Positions 19,705 to 28,436 of a DNA stretch of 64,000 nt are shown one piece after another. This stretch comes from Candidatus Saccharimonadales bacterium. GTDB taxonomy: Bacteria; Patescibacteriota; Saccharimonadia; Saccharimonadales; JAXHNE01. The stretch is taken from NCBI GenBank assembly GCA_041600755.1, contig JBFIJL010000002.1, positions 144,850 through 208,849 of the forward strand, given 5' to 3'. The notes beneath the pieces are model-generated. The model saw only the letters and a list, made by a program, of their open reading frames with translations. It did no database searches and was not told the DNA's origin. Position numbers and translations under genes: made by a program. Position 1 is the first letter of the stretch, and each line of letters opens with the position of its first letter.

Positions 19705-20015
19705 ACCGCATTTTTGCAGTTTTTGCGAACTTTATTCATGCCCTAATCATGCTGGGGTACGGAGTATCTCCATTCTTTCTATCCATATATTGGGTGCTTG
19801 CGTTCTTTTTAATAATCTATATACATCAAATTATTTTTAGTGGTTGTCTAATTACAATTATCCAGCATCGATTAAATTTACTGGATAAAGATCGTGATTT
19901 TGTTGATAACTTTATCGTCACTGTTTTTAAGGTCAAATTAAAAGAGGAGCAGTACGAGTTGATTGGTGAATCACTTTTACTTGCTCCTCTAATTTTAGCT
20001 ATTTTTATTAGCTAA
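19701..20015 (+). CDS. small integral membrane protein
   Basis: 104 aa and hydrophobic. An ATGA overlap couples it to the ABC gene stop. Confidence 0.5.
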   Translation: MNRIFAVFANFIHALIMLGYGVSPFFLSIYWVLAFFLIIYIHQIIFSGCLITIIQHRLNLLDKDRDFVDNFIVTVFKVKLKEEQYELIGESLLLAPLILAIFIS

Positions 20016-20106
20016 GAATTTTTTATCTTCTATTTCTTGGAGAACCGCGACGTGGTCGTCTTGCATAACCCATGGTGTTTCCTTTTTTTAATTTATACTT
20101 TTTAAA

Positions 20107-20943
20107 TTATATCATGAGCTCTTTTAAGATGTAATCCACCGATCTAACCTCTTTTGCGTATGTAATTCCATTATATAATTTGGCGTACTGATACACCGTG
20201 CCAAGACTTTGTCCTCTTGACTTTGCTGTAAGATAGTCGCTGGCTGCGTCAACACTTTCTTCGTCGGTGTTAGGATAACTATACTTAACCTGCATTTTGC
20301 CTGTTGAAGTCACGAAAGGCAGCCATGAAAGACTTGATTCGATTAATCTTACAATCTTTGGTCGATTTATAAGCTCAACTATCAAAATTGCACTAAGTGT
20401 ATCTTTTAATATTTGAGGCTTCTCAAGATCTGATATATAGGATAGGATTTTCTTATTTTTATTTACATGATGAAAAATAAGCTCCCTATACTTTTCATCG
20501 GAGTTGTATGCATTTGCAATCGGCTTCTCTTTAGAAAGAAGCCCAACCAATACAATAAAAATTAACACCACTAGCCAGTATTCATATAAGTGGAACGGGG
20601 TAATGGCTGCTAGGGAGGCTAACGCTAGCGACACGGCTAAACTCATAATTATTTTACTATTCGAAAGTATTCCGCGCTGTTCGCTGAGGCATGCAAAGGT
20701 AACTCTAGTAAACCAAAGTGAAGCAACTCCACCGATGACAATCAATCCTCCAGTTTGCGAGTCATATATATCTGAAAACAAGCTTACGAAGAGCAGGACA
20801 GCGATTACATCACCCACAATTAAAGCGCTTTTCATAAAACCATAGAATAATAGCCTATTTATATTCATAAACGAATAATCCTGCTGTCGGAGTGCAATCA
20901 AAAGTACGAAGATGCACTGAGTTAATAAAGGAATCGCTATCAC
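20107..20943 (-). CDS. multi-TM protein with C-terminal SLT-like (lytic transglycosylase-like) domain
   Basis: The C-terminus shows ES (LIESSL), GKMQV and LYNG motifs. Their order and spacing match the ES / GLMQ / AYNxG motifs of family-1 lytic transglycosylases, by eye only. Confidence 0.45.
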   Translation of the reverse strand: MIAIPLLTQCIFVLLIALRQQDYSFMNINRLLFYGFMKSALIVGDVIAVLLFVSLFSDIYDSQTGGLIVIGGVASLWFTRVTFACLSEQRGILSNSKIIMSLAVSLALASLAAITPFHLYEYWLVVLIFIVLVGLLSKEKPIANAYNSDEKYRELIFHHVNKNKKILSYISDLEKPQILKDTLSAILIVELINRPKIVRLIESSLSWLPFVTSTGKMQVKYSYPNTDEESVDAASDYLTAKSRGQSLGTVYQYAKLYNGITYAKEVRSVDYILKELMI

Positions 20944-20944
20944 T

Positions 20945-21154
20945 TCAAACCCAGCAATCTATTATTTTTGACCATATCGCCCAACCTGATCCATAAGATA
21001 TATGCTCAGGTATTGCGCTTAACTTATTCCTGACAGGGATATTCTCCTTTAGGAGTATTCGAATTACTATTATCAAGGTAGGAACTTTTAATAAATTAGA
21101 GCATCCGATGTTTAATGCCGAATTATTGATCTTTTTTTCGTTCTCTAAATTCAA
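20945..21154 (-). CDS. small one-TM protein (holin-like by size and position only)
   Basis: A 69-aa ORF lying between the peptidase and the SLT-like gene, adjacent to the next start. Confidence 0.3.
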   Translation of the reverse strand: MNLENEKKINNSALNIGCSNLLKVPTLIIVIRILLKENIPVRNKLSAIPEHISYGSGWAIWSKIIDCWV

Positions 21155-21170
21155 AGAATATATCCTTTAG

Positions 21171-21851
21171 CTATAGTCGCGCTAATCTATTTTGTTTGTA
21201 TAATTCATCGCTATAACGCCAGTGCCAAGACTCATGCTCCATGCCGACTTTGTTATTCTCAGGATAAGAATTTACGAAACCAAACCTTTTAGCTTCCATG
21301 CTTAGCCACTTCTTAACATCGGAATCTAACTCTGTCCTGTGATGCTGCCCGACATCTATTGCCAAATATTCCATAGAATTGTGCTCTGATTCTCCGGGAA
21401 GCTTTACGAGCCGTTTCGCTTGGTTAATATTAAAATTTTGCAAGTATACTTCTTTTAGGAATAGCATTCCTTGGTGAGCGGGCGTCCTATACCCAGATAA
21501 AATATAAATTTGTTTTCCAGTATTTTTTCGTAACTCAATGGCCATTTCATTAAAAGCAGATCTACAATTGACAGTGACTTTAATGAATCTTTTCGCTTTT
21601 ACGGAAAAAGGGCGGGCTGTTACTAATCGCTCGCTGGATGGCAAGGAGCTATCCAGCGATGTGCATTTTTCTTCATTCAATTCCCATATACTGTATAGAC
21701 AGTTAACCTGATCGATGTTTAGTAGGCCAAATAACTGACTGAATGTGAGTTCGCAAAGTCTAAAGCGCCAATAATGCAACTGAAAAACATTTAGTACGCC
21801 CGGAATGATGAGCTCTGACCCTGCAGGTGTTTTCATTTTCACATCTTTCAT
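21171..21851 (-). CDS. VanY-type D-Ala-D-Ala carboxypeptidase (peptidase M15B)
   Basis: SGYRTPAHQ, SEHNSMEYLAIDV and HESWHWRY match the VanY/M15 zinc-peptidase motifs. Confidence 0.8.
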   Translation of the reverse strand: MKDVKMKTPAGSELIIPGVLNVFQLHYWRFRLCELTFSQLFGLLNIDQVNCLYSIWELNEEKCTSLDSSLPSSERLVTARPFSVKAKRFIKVTVNCRSAFNEMAIELRKNTGKQIYILSGYRTPAHQGMLFLKEVYLQNFNINQAKRLVKLPGESEHNSMEYLAIDVGQHHRTELDSDVKKWLSMEAKRFGFVNSYPENNKVGMEHESWHWRYSDELYKQNRLARL

Positions 21852-21856
21852 TTACA

Positions 21857-21879
21857 GTGGTGATCCCGAGGGGAATCGA
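21857..21879. repeat. att-like repeat, right copy (T-arm to CCA of tRNA-Glu plus 1 nt)
   Basis: Identical to 17267-17289. Confidence 0.85.
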
Positions 21880-21932
21880 ACCCCTATTGCCAGGATGAGA
21901 ACCTGGTGTCCTAACCGTTAGACGACGGGACC
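21858..21932 (-). tRNA. tRNA-Glu (anticodon CTC), encoded CCA
   Basis: The minus strand reads GGTCCCG..CCAGG-TTCTCAT-CCTGG..AGGGGTTCGATTCCCCT-CGGGATC-ACCA. The cloverleaf pairs, with one G.U in the acceptor stem. Confidence 0.9.
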
Positions 21933-22131
21933 ATGCTTAGGATGTATCTGGCAAGCCAAATGATCCTAAGCTCGTTGTTTGGCACAACTCGGAAATAGTA
22001 GCATAACAGGGGCCGTCTGTCGATAGAGCCTTGGTGGTATTTCGTCTGTATTTCTCGTATACTCTAACCATAAGCAAATCGATAAATGTGGGATTCATGC
22101 AACAGATTAAAACTAAGTCGGCGGAGATTGG

Positions 22132-23874
22132 GTGTTCATGCAGTTCGTAGCTGATACCTATTATTTCTGGTATAACCGCGTTGCTACCGCCATGAGTGGA
22201 GTTCTTTTGTTGGCGGTGCTTGCTACTTGGGCTTTGCCGCCTCTTCAAGATCTTGCAAAACCACTTGGCCTTTCTGCCGTTACGCTCGTTCTGGCATTCG
22301 TGCATATTCTGTATGGCGTACTACTTTTCAAGCGTGAAGCTCGTGGTAACCCATGGGCGGCGGCGCTGTACAGCTCCATGATTCTCACGCTAAATCTGAT
22401 CAACCTCATACACAACACTGGGCAATTAGAATCTCCTTACGTAATTGTGTGGGCAGTCATGGTCTTCTTCAGTGGGCTTTTTGGAAGCTACGGAGTAGTG
22501 GGGTGTAGTTTCCTTATTACCATCTACTACGTCATTTTAGAAACCGGCCCTGGATCGACAGGCCAACTGCAGCCTCGGATACTTTTAGCTGTGTTTGGCA
22601 GCTACCTAGCTGGCGCTGTTGGCTATCTGCTGTGGCGAAGAATGTTTATTAATGCTGAAAGTCAAAAAGTCCAATTACTGACAGGACAGCTAAAATCCAA
22701 GCAGCAGCAAGCAGAGTTGCTAATTCAGTCCATCGCTGACGGCATGATCGTGGTCACGCCAGAAGGTATAGTGAGCCTTATGAACCCGGCTGCAGCGACA
22801 TTAACCGAATGGGGAATCGACGAAGCCGCCGGTATAGACGTGCACCTTGTAGTCAAGCTTCAAACTGAAGACAATAAGGATATAGACCCAAGTGAAAACC
22901 CGTTTAGTACGGTTTTTGCAACCAAAGAAACTGTTGAGCAAACTTTACAGCTTATTGGTAGAAATGGAGCACAGCACATAGTTTCATTGGTAATTTCACC
23001 AGTAAAGAACGGTAAGTCAGAAGACATAAATGGAGCAATCGCAATTATTCGTGACGTGAGTGTTGCAAGAGCCGAAGAAAAACGGCGTGCCGACTTTATT
23101 AGCACAGCCAGTCATGAAATGCGCACGCCAGTTGCCGCCATTGAAGGATATTTAGCTCTGGCGATGAACGAAAGAGTGTCGAGCATCGATGCAAAAGCTC
23201 GTGACTATCTTCAAAAAGCACATTCAAGCACACAGCATCTTGGCAAGTTATTCCAGGATCTCCTCACTAGCGCAAAGGCCGAGGATGGTCGCCTGGTGAG
23301 CAATCCTACAGCAGTCGAGATGGGCAGCTTCTTGGAGCAACTCACCGACTCGCTACGCTTTGCAGCCGAGAAGAAGGGGCTACTTCTTGACTTTGTCATA
23401 GGCGCAAACAGCGATGGCGGGGGGGACAAGGTAATCAAGCCTCTCTACTATGTATTTGTTGACGCAGACCGTCTCAGCGAAGTCATAACCAACTTGTTCG
23501 ACAACGCAGTCAAATACACCGAAACTGGCAAAATCACCATGGCACTTACCGGCAATAATGACGTCGTGCAGCTCTTTATTAAAGATACTGGTCCAGGAAT
23601 CCCAGCCGATGACATTCCTCATTTGTTCCAAAAATTCTACCGCGTTGACAGCTCCGCTACTCGCACTATAGGCGGGACGGGATTAGGACTTTTTATCTGC
23701 CGCAAAATTGTTGAACTTTACAAGGGACGAGTATGGGTAGAGAGCGAAGAGGGATCAGGAAGTACTTTCTTTATTAATTTACCAAGACTTTCATCACAGA
23801 GAGCAACAGAGATCACCTCACAATCACAAGCCAATCAACTTGCCGCAACCAACCCCAGTGGAAGCGCGGGCTAG
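22132..23874 (+). CDS. sensor histidine kinase with multi-TM N-terminus and PAS-like domain
   Basis: H-box SHEMRTPVAAI, with DNAVKYT, DTGPGI and GTGLGL boxes. Confidence 0.85.
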   Translation: MFMQFVADTYYFWYNRVATAMSGVLLLAVLATWALPPLQDLAKPLGLSAVTLVLAFVHILYGVLLFKREARGNPWAAALYSSMILTLNLINLIHNTGQLESPYVIVWAVMVFFSGLFGSYGVVGCSFLITIYYVILETGPGSTGQLQPRILLAVFGSYLAGAVGYLLWRRMFINAESQKVQLLTGQLKSKQQQAELLIQSIADGMIVVTPEGIVSLMNPAAATLTEWGIDEAAGIDVHLVVKLQTEDNKDIDPSENPFSTVFATKETVEQTLQLIGRNGAQHIVSLVISPVKNGKSEDINGAIAIIRDVSVARAEEKRRADFISTASHEMRTPVAAIEGYLALAMNERVSSIDAKARDYLQKAHSSTQHLGKLFQDLLTSAKAEDGRLVSNPTAVEMGSFLEQLTDSLRFAAEKKGLLLDFVIGANSDGGGDKVIKPLYYVFVDADRLSEVITNLFDNAVKYTETGKITMALTGNNDVVQLFIKDTGPGIPADDIPHLFQKFYRVDSSATRTIGGTGLGLFICRKIVELYKGRVWVESEEGSGSTFFINLPRLSSQRATEITSQSQANQLAATNPSGSAG

Positions 23875-23946
23875 TCGTAAGCAAAAGCATCATGTACAAT
23901 AAGTCCATATAATGACCAATAAACAATTGCAACGAAAAGGATAACT

Positions 23947-25098
23947 ATGTCAAAAATAATGCTCGTCGAGGACGACAACAATCTACGCGAAATTTATGAG
24001 GCTCGTCTCCTTGCTGAGGGCTATGAAATTGTTAGCGCTAAAGATGGCGAAGAAGCTTTAGCTCTTGCAGTAAAAGAAAAGCCTGATTTGATTATCTCTG
24101 ATGTCATGATGCCTAAAATTAGTGGTTTTGACATGCTAGACATCCTTCGAAGCACACCCGAGACAAAAGAAACAAAAGTAATTATGATGACGGCACTTTC
24201 CCAGGCCGAAGACAAGACTCGTGCAGATAAATTGGGTGCCGATCGTTACCTAGTAAAATCACAAGTTACATTGGAAGACGTGGCAAACGTCGCCAAGGAA
24301 GTACTAACTGGGGAATCTCCAGCAGCGGCACCAGTGGCTGATGCTACACCAGCTCCAGCGACTAGCCCGGACCCAGTAGTTTCACCAGAGCCAGTAACGC
24401 CGGCTCAACCAACCGTTTCAGCGCCTGAGCCGGTTGCTCCAGCCCCAACTAACGACGCAGCAGCACAAACTTCAATGCCTACACCAGCTCCAGCGACTAG
24501 CCCGGACCCGGTAGTTTCACCAGAGCCAGTAACGCCGGCTCCAGAGCCGGTAAGTGCAACACCGCTCGATCCAAGCGCTGCAGATACGACCGCACACGAA
24601 CAAGAAACCATAAACCAACAGATCAACGAATTTGTTGCTGCCCAGGATGCTGGACAACCATTACCTCCCGAACCAGCACCTGCAACCCCGCCAGCTCCAG
24701 AGCCAGTCGCCGGGCTCACCACACCGGAAGTTGCAAACATTGCAGTCCAAAATGCACCAACAGATTCACCAACAGCAACCGCTACCAAGACAGCAGAACA
24801 GCTCGCCAACACAGTAAATGACATGATTCAAAGCACCCCAGAACCCGCCGCTACAGCACAGCAATCGGTCAGCGGCAAGAAAGTCATTTCGCCAATTAGT
24901 GACCCAACCCAAAAGCCTGACCTACAAAAGCTCGCGGCGGCTGAAGAGGAAGAAGCGACAGCCCAAGCGCCGATTGTAACCAACCCAGTCGCTGATGCGG
25001 CTCCTGTTGTCACCCCTCAGGCAGAAGGTACATCTTCTACGCAACCCCCATCGCCAGGAAGTGTCGTTGGGCCAGATCCAAACTCAATCGCCCTCTAA
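23947..25098 (+). CDS. response-regulator receiver fused to a ~260-aa Pro/Ala/Thr-rich low-complexity tail
   Basis: Canonical receiver motifs (LVEDD, IISDVMMP, MMTA, LVKS) are followed by a PAPE-rich tail. The tail contains a 63-bp internal repeat. Confidence 0.8.
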   Translation: MSKIMLVEDDNNLREIYEARLLAEGYEIVSAKDGEEALALAVKEKPDLIISDVMMPKISGFDMLDILRSTPETKETKVIMMTALSQAEDKTRADKLGADRYLVKSQVTLEDVANVAKEVLTGESPAAAPVADATPAPATSPDPVVSPEPVTPAQPTVSAPEPVAPAPTNDAAAQTSMPTPAPATSPDPVVSPEPVTPAPEPVSATPLDPSAADTTAHEQETINQQINEFVAAQDAGQPLPPEPAPATPPAPEPVAGLTTPEVANIAVQNAPTDSPTATATKTAEQLANTVNDMIQSTPEPAATAQQSVSGKKVISPISDPTQKPDLQKLAAAEEEEATAQAPIVTNPVADAAPVVTPQAEGTSSTQPPSPGSVVGPDPNSIAL

Positions 25099-25117
25099 AC
25101 CTGCTACACTACCTTTC

Positions 25118-25780
25118 ATGAGACTTAATCAATTCATTGCTCGCGCCACCGGACTGAGCCGTCGAGCAGCAGACCGCGCCATTGAGGCCGGTCACATTAA
25201 AATTAACGGCGAAATTGCTAATTTTGGTGATCCGTTCGACGAAACTAAAGATATAGTGACTCATTCTGGTAAGCGGCTGTTCGCCCCCAAGACAACTACA
25301 ACTATCGCACTTAACAAACCCAAGCACTACGTTTGCTCACGCGACGGACAGGGAAGTAAAACTATATACCAATTGCTGCCAGAGAATCTCCACGACCTTA
25401 AGCCAATTGGTCGCCTGGACAAAGATTCAACGGGGCTACTGCTCATGACTAACGACGGGAATTTTGCCCACGAAATGACACACCCGTCATTTAAAAAGTC
25501 CAAAGTCTACGAGGTGACGCTTCGTCTGCCGCTCAGCATACAAGACCAGCAAGCAATTAAAAAAGGCGTGCTACTCGATGATGGACCGTCAAAACTCAAG
25601 CTTAAAATAATGAATGATGACTCTAAACGTTGGCAAGTCACTATGAGTGAAGGACGCAACCGTCAAATTCGTAGAACATTTAGTGAACTTGATCACACAG
25701 TCACCAGGCTGCATCGTACTCGCTTTGGTCAGTTCGACATTGCAGGACTTAAAACAGGGAAGTACGAACCAATTCTCTAA
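25118..25780 (+). CDS. pseudouridine synthase, RsuA/RluB family
   Basis: An S4 domain (MRLNQFIARATGLSRR) plus GRLDKDSTGLLLMTNDG. The ATG at 25118 is preferred over ORF-track 24995, which overlaps the upstream gene. Confidence 0.85.
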   Translation: MRLNQFIARATGLSRRAADRAIEAGHIKINGEIANFGDPFDETKDIVTHSGKRLFAPKTTTTIALNKPKHYVCSRDGQGSKTIYQLLPENLHDLKPIGRLDKDSTGLLLMTNDGNFAHEMTHPSFKKSKVYEVTLRLPLSIQDQQAIKKGVLLDDGPSKLKLKIMNDDSKRWQVTMSEGRNRQIRRTFSELDHTVTRLHRTRFGQFDIAGLKTGKYEPIL

Positions 25781-26639
25781 TAAGTGGTGGAATTGAAGTT
25801 TTTACTTGGGCGGGATAAGCCTCATAATGCGCTTCGATGCAATCTGCCACCAATTCGCTCCCAACCACAATCGCTGATTTTCTACTTCGCTCTAAAACCT
25901 CCGGCTCAATTCCAAACTCTTCAGAATAGGTCATAGCGATAGAACCAAGCTTTGGGTAGGTGGCGAGGCGAACGGGACAGCCCATTGATGGCGGAGAGCT
26001 ATCGAGCTCTTTGGCATTTGACTTGGATCTGAGGTCACGAATCTCGTTAATAAATGCCATGCCCAAGCGACCATTTTCATATCCAGGGTTGGTCCTTCGA
26101 TAAAACAATGAACTGGCGTCGGGGCTAGTGGACATTAATCCATACGTATCGTTAGGTGCATGGCTAAGCAAAAGCAGTTCGGCTTGAAAATTTTTGCTTT
26201 TCAGAAACCCTGTAATAACCCGATGATCTATGGAGTCTAGCCATCGATAGTCTACTGATGAATAATCTTTATCAAGTTTCAGCTTCTTGTGCAGCGCCTT
26301 CACTGGAACAGCAATGCCGCTACGCAAGCCCTCTCGAATTGCCGCTGAAGCCGAAATAGTAATAGGTCTGTCATGATTATTTTGTGCATTTGAGCAATCC
26401 AGCATCAACTGTGTTTGCGAACCAGCAAAAGCTGATTTCTCCCAATCTCTAAGTTCGTCGTCCAACGCCGAAGATATCTCTTTAGCGGTGTTCTGGGTTA
26501 CGCCGTCGGGAGGGAACTCTTCAGTTGGCTGCCACTGCTCTCCAACCTGTTGGTACAACTTTGTGGCAATATGATTAATAATAGGACCAACGTCTTCAGC
26601 CTGGACTTCAGGTCGACTGCGGTAAATTTTCGCGCTCAT
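25749..26639 (-). CDS. hypothetical protein
   Basis: A 296-aa ORF with no recognised motif. Its 3' end overlaps the convergent pseudouridine synthase gene by 32 nt. Confidence 0.45.
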   Translation of the reverse strand: MSAKIYRSRPEVQAEDVGPIINHIATKLYQQVGEQWQPTEEFPPDGVTQNTAKEISSALDDELRDWEKSAFAGSQTQLMLDCSNAQNNHDRPITISASAAIREGLRSGIAVPVKALHKKLKLDKDYSSVDYRWLDSIDHRVITGFLKSKNFQAELLLLSHAPNDTYGLMSTSPDASSLFYRRTNPGYENGRLGMAFINEIRDLRSKSNAKELDSSPPSMGCPVRLATYPKLGSIAMTYSEEFGIEPEVLERSRKSAIVVGSELVADCIEAHYEAYPAQVKTSIPPLIRELVRTSLF

Positions 26640-26711
26640 ATCTTTTTATTATGGCATAATTATAATGCTATTGTCAATATGGTGCACCTCTGTTATACTA
26701 TTGTCTAACTT

Positions 26712-28085
26712 ATGAGCAAAAAACTACCGATTATTGCAATTGTCGGACGTGCCAATGTGGGCAAGTCTAGTTTGTTTAACGCCATTTTACACAAGCGCGA
26801 AGCCATTGTTGCCCGAGAAGCCGGAACAACTCGTGATAGCATCTTTGCAATCGCAGAACATGAAGAAAGCAGCTTCTGGCTGGTTGACACAGCCGGCATT
26901 AAAGACGCAGAAGATGATTTTGAGTTCACGATTCAAGAGCAAATAACACAAGCCGCTGACAGCGCTGACGTAATCTGGGTGGTAGTCGAAGCCGACATTC
27001 CGGTGTCTGACGAGGATCGCCGCGTAGCTAAGTTGGCGCTCAAAACTGGCAAGCCTGTATTTTTGATTATCAATAAATGGGATAAAAACCGTAAGGTCAA
27101 ACACGCTGATTACGCCAAGCTCGGAATTAAGCAAATGTTTATCACCTCAACAACTCAGAACACTGGTATCCACGATTTACTTGATGCACTAGTCTTGGCA
27201 ATTCCGCACCGGGAATCGTCAGCGCCAGAGAATGAAATAAATATCGCGCTTCTTGGTCGTCCAAATGTTGGTAAGTCACAGCTCTTTAATACGCTCGCCA
27301 AAAAACAGCAGGCGATTGTATCTGACAGGGCAGGGACTACTCGTGACGTTAACCGAGTGACGGTGCGCTTCCAAGGACACGACATCAACCTAATGGACAC
27401 TGCTGGTATTCGTAAAAATGGCAAAATCGAACGCGGCATCGAGCACTTCAGCGTTATCCGGTCAATTGCCGCCATTGAACAAGCCGACATCTGCTTCTTG
27501 CTGATTGATGTCAACGAAATCGGCACCGCACTCGACCAAAAAATCGCTGGGATGATCAAGGACGCCACTCGTGGACTCGTAATCGTAGTAAGCAAGTGGG
27601 ATGACGTCGAAGGCAAAGACGCTTTCACACGTGACGCACTGGCGCCAAAAATCAAGCGTATTTTTGACTTCGTTCCGTGGGCACCACTAATCTTCACCAG
27701 TTCAGTTACCGGACAAAATGTCACCAAGTTATTCGAACTAGCTGTGCAAATTCACGAAAAACAACAAACGCAAATTAAGACCGCCAGCCTCAACCGCTGG
27801 CTACGCGACGTCATCGATAAACACCCACCAGCTGGACTCAAGAACAAGCGACCGAAGCTTAACTACATCATGCAGGAATCCGACAACCCAACTAACTTCA
27901 AAGTGTTCGGCGGAGATACAAAGTTTCTTCATTGGTCATACAAGCGCCACATGGAGCGCATGCTGCGTGAAGCCTACGGTTTTGAGGGTGCAGGTATTCG
28001 CTTCTGGTTCTTTGATAAGCACGACCCGAAACGCTCTGACCGCCGCCTAAAGACCGAAGAGTCGGCCACAGACCAAGATTCTTAG
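26712..28085 (+). CDS. der: ribosome-biogenesis GTPase Der (EngA)
   Basis: Two tandem GTPase domains (GRANVGKSS / DTAG and GRPNVGKSQ / DTAG) plus a KH-like C-terminus. Confidence 0.95.
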   Translation: MSKKLPIIAIVGRANVGKSSLFNAILHKREAIVAREAGTTRDSIFAIAEHEESSFWLVDTAGIKDAEDDFEFTIQEQITQAADSADVIWVVVEADIPVSDEDRRVAKLALKTGKPVFLIINKWDKNRKVKHADYAKLGIKQMFITSTTQNTGIHDLLDALVLAIPHRESSAPENEINIALLGRPNVGKSQLFNTLAKKQQAIVSDRAGTTRDVNRVTVRFQGHDINLMDTAGIRKNGKIERGIEHFSVIRSIAAIEQADICFLLIDVNEIGTALDQKIAGMIKDATRGLVIVVSKWDDVEGKDAFTRDALAPKIKRIFDFVPWAPLIFTSSVTGQNVTKLFELAVQIHEKQQTQIKTASLNRWLRDVIDKHPPAGLKNKRPKLNYIMQESDNPTNFKVFGGDTKFLHWSYKRHMERMLREAYGFEGAGIRFWFFDKHDPKRSDRRLKTEESATDQDS

Positions 28086-28360
28086 TCTTTTCTGAAGCTC
28101 AGCTCACTATGTATCGAGAACAAAACTGTTCCACTTACTAGTAGCGTTGCAGAGCCCAGCGCCAGTTCAAGACCTTCCTGAAGAGCTGTGTCACGATGCA
28201 CATCATGGCTTAAAGTAGCAACCGAATCATGAATAGTTTGAATATCTGCCGCCGAATCCTCGGTAGGCGCGCTCAAAACTTCAACTGTGCTTGCCAGCGC
28301 TAGTATTGCACCTGCAGCCAAAAACCCGCCGCAGACACCTGTTATAGCTTTTTCTTTCAT
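28082..28360 (-). CDS. small hypothetical membrane protein
   Basis: A 92-aa ORF with hydrophobic ends. Support is weak. Confidence 0.3.
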   Translation of the reverse strand: MKEKAITGVCGGFLAAGAILALASTVEVLSAPTEDSAADIQTIHDSVATLSHDVHRDTALQEGLELALGSATLLVSGTVLFSIHSELSFRKD

Positions 28361-28436
28361 GTTTGTAATTATGCCTTAAAAATCTGCCCTATAGCAATCA
28401 TTTTTTATGATAATATTTTACGCCGCTTAGTGTTAC

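Larger units (their letters stand above)
17290..21856. mobile_element. putative integrase-less genomic island inserted at the 3' end of tRNA-Glu
   Basis: Bounded by 23-bp direct repeats, one of which is the 3' end of an intact tRNA. Sampled lines are AT-rich, and the cargo genes are unrelated to the flanking housekeeping genes. Confidence 0.55.

Noticed and set aside
27155-27727. Long antisense ORFs inside well-supported genes, such as the 190 aa opposite der, 24405-24824 opposite the Pro-rich regulator, 33138-33515 opposite topA, and 8321-8614.
   Set aside because: Each lies fully within a gene that has strong family motifs on the other strand. Their compositions (Ser/Arg/Ala-rich, low complexity) are typical of shadow ORFs.
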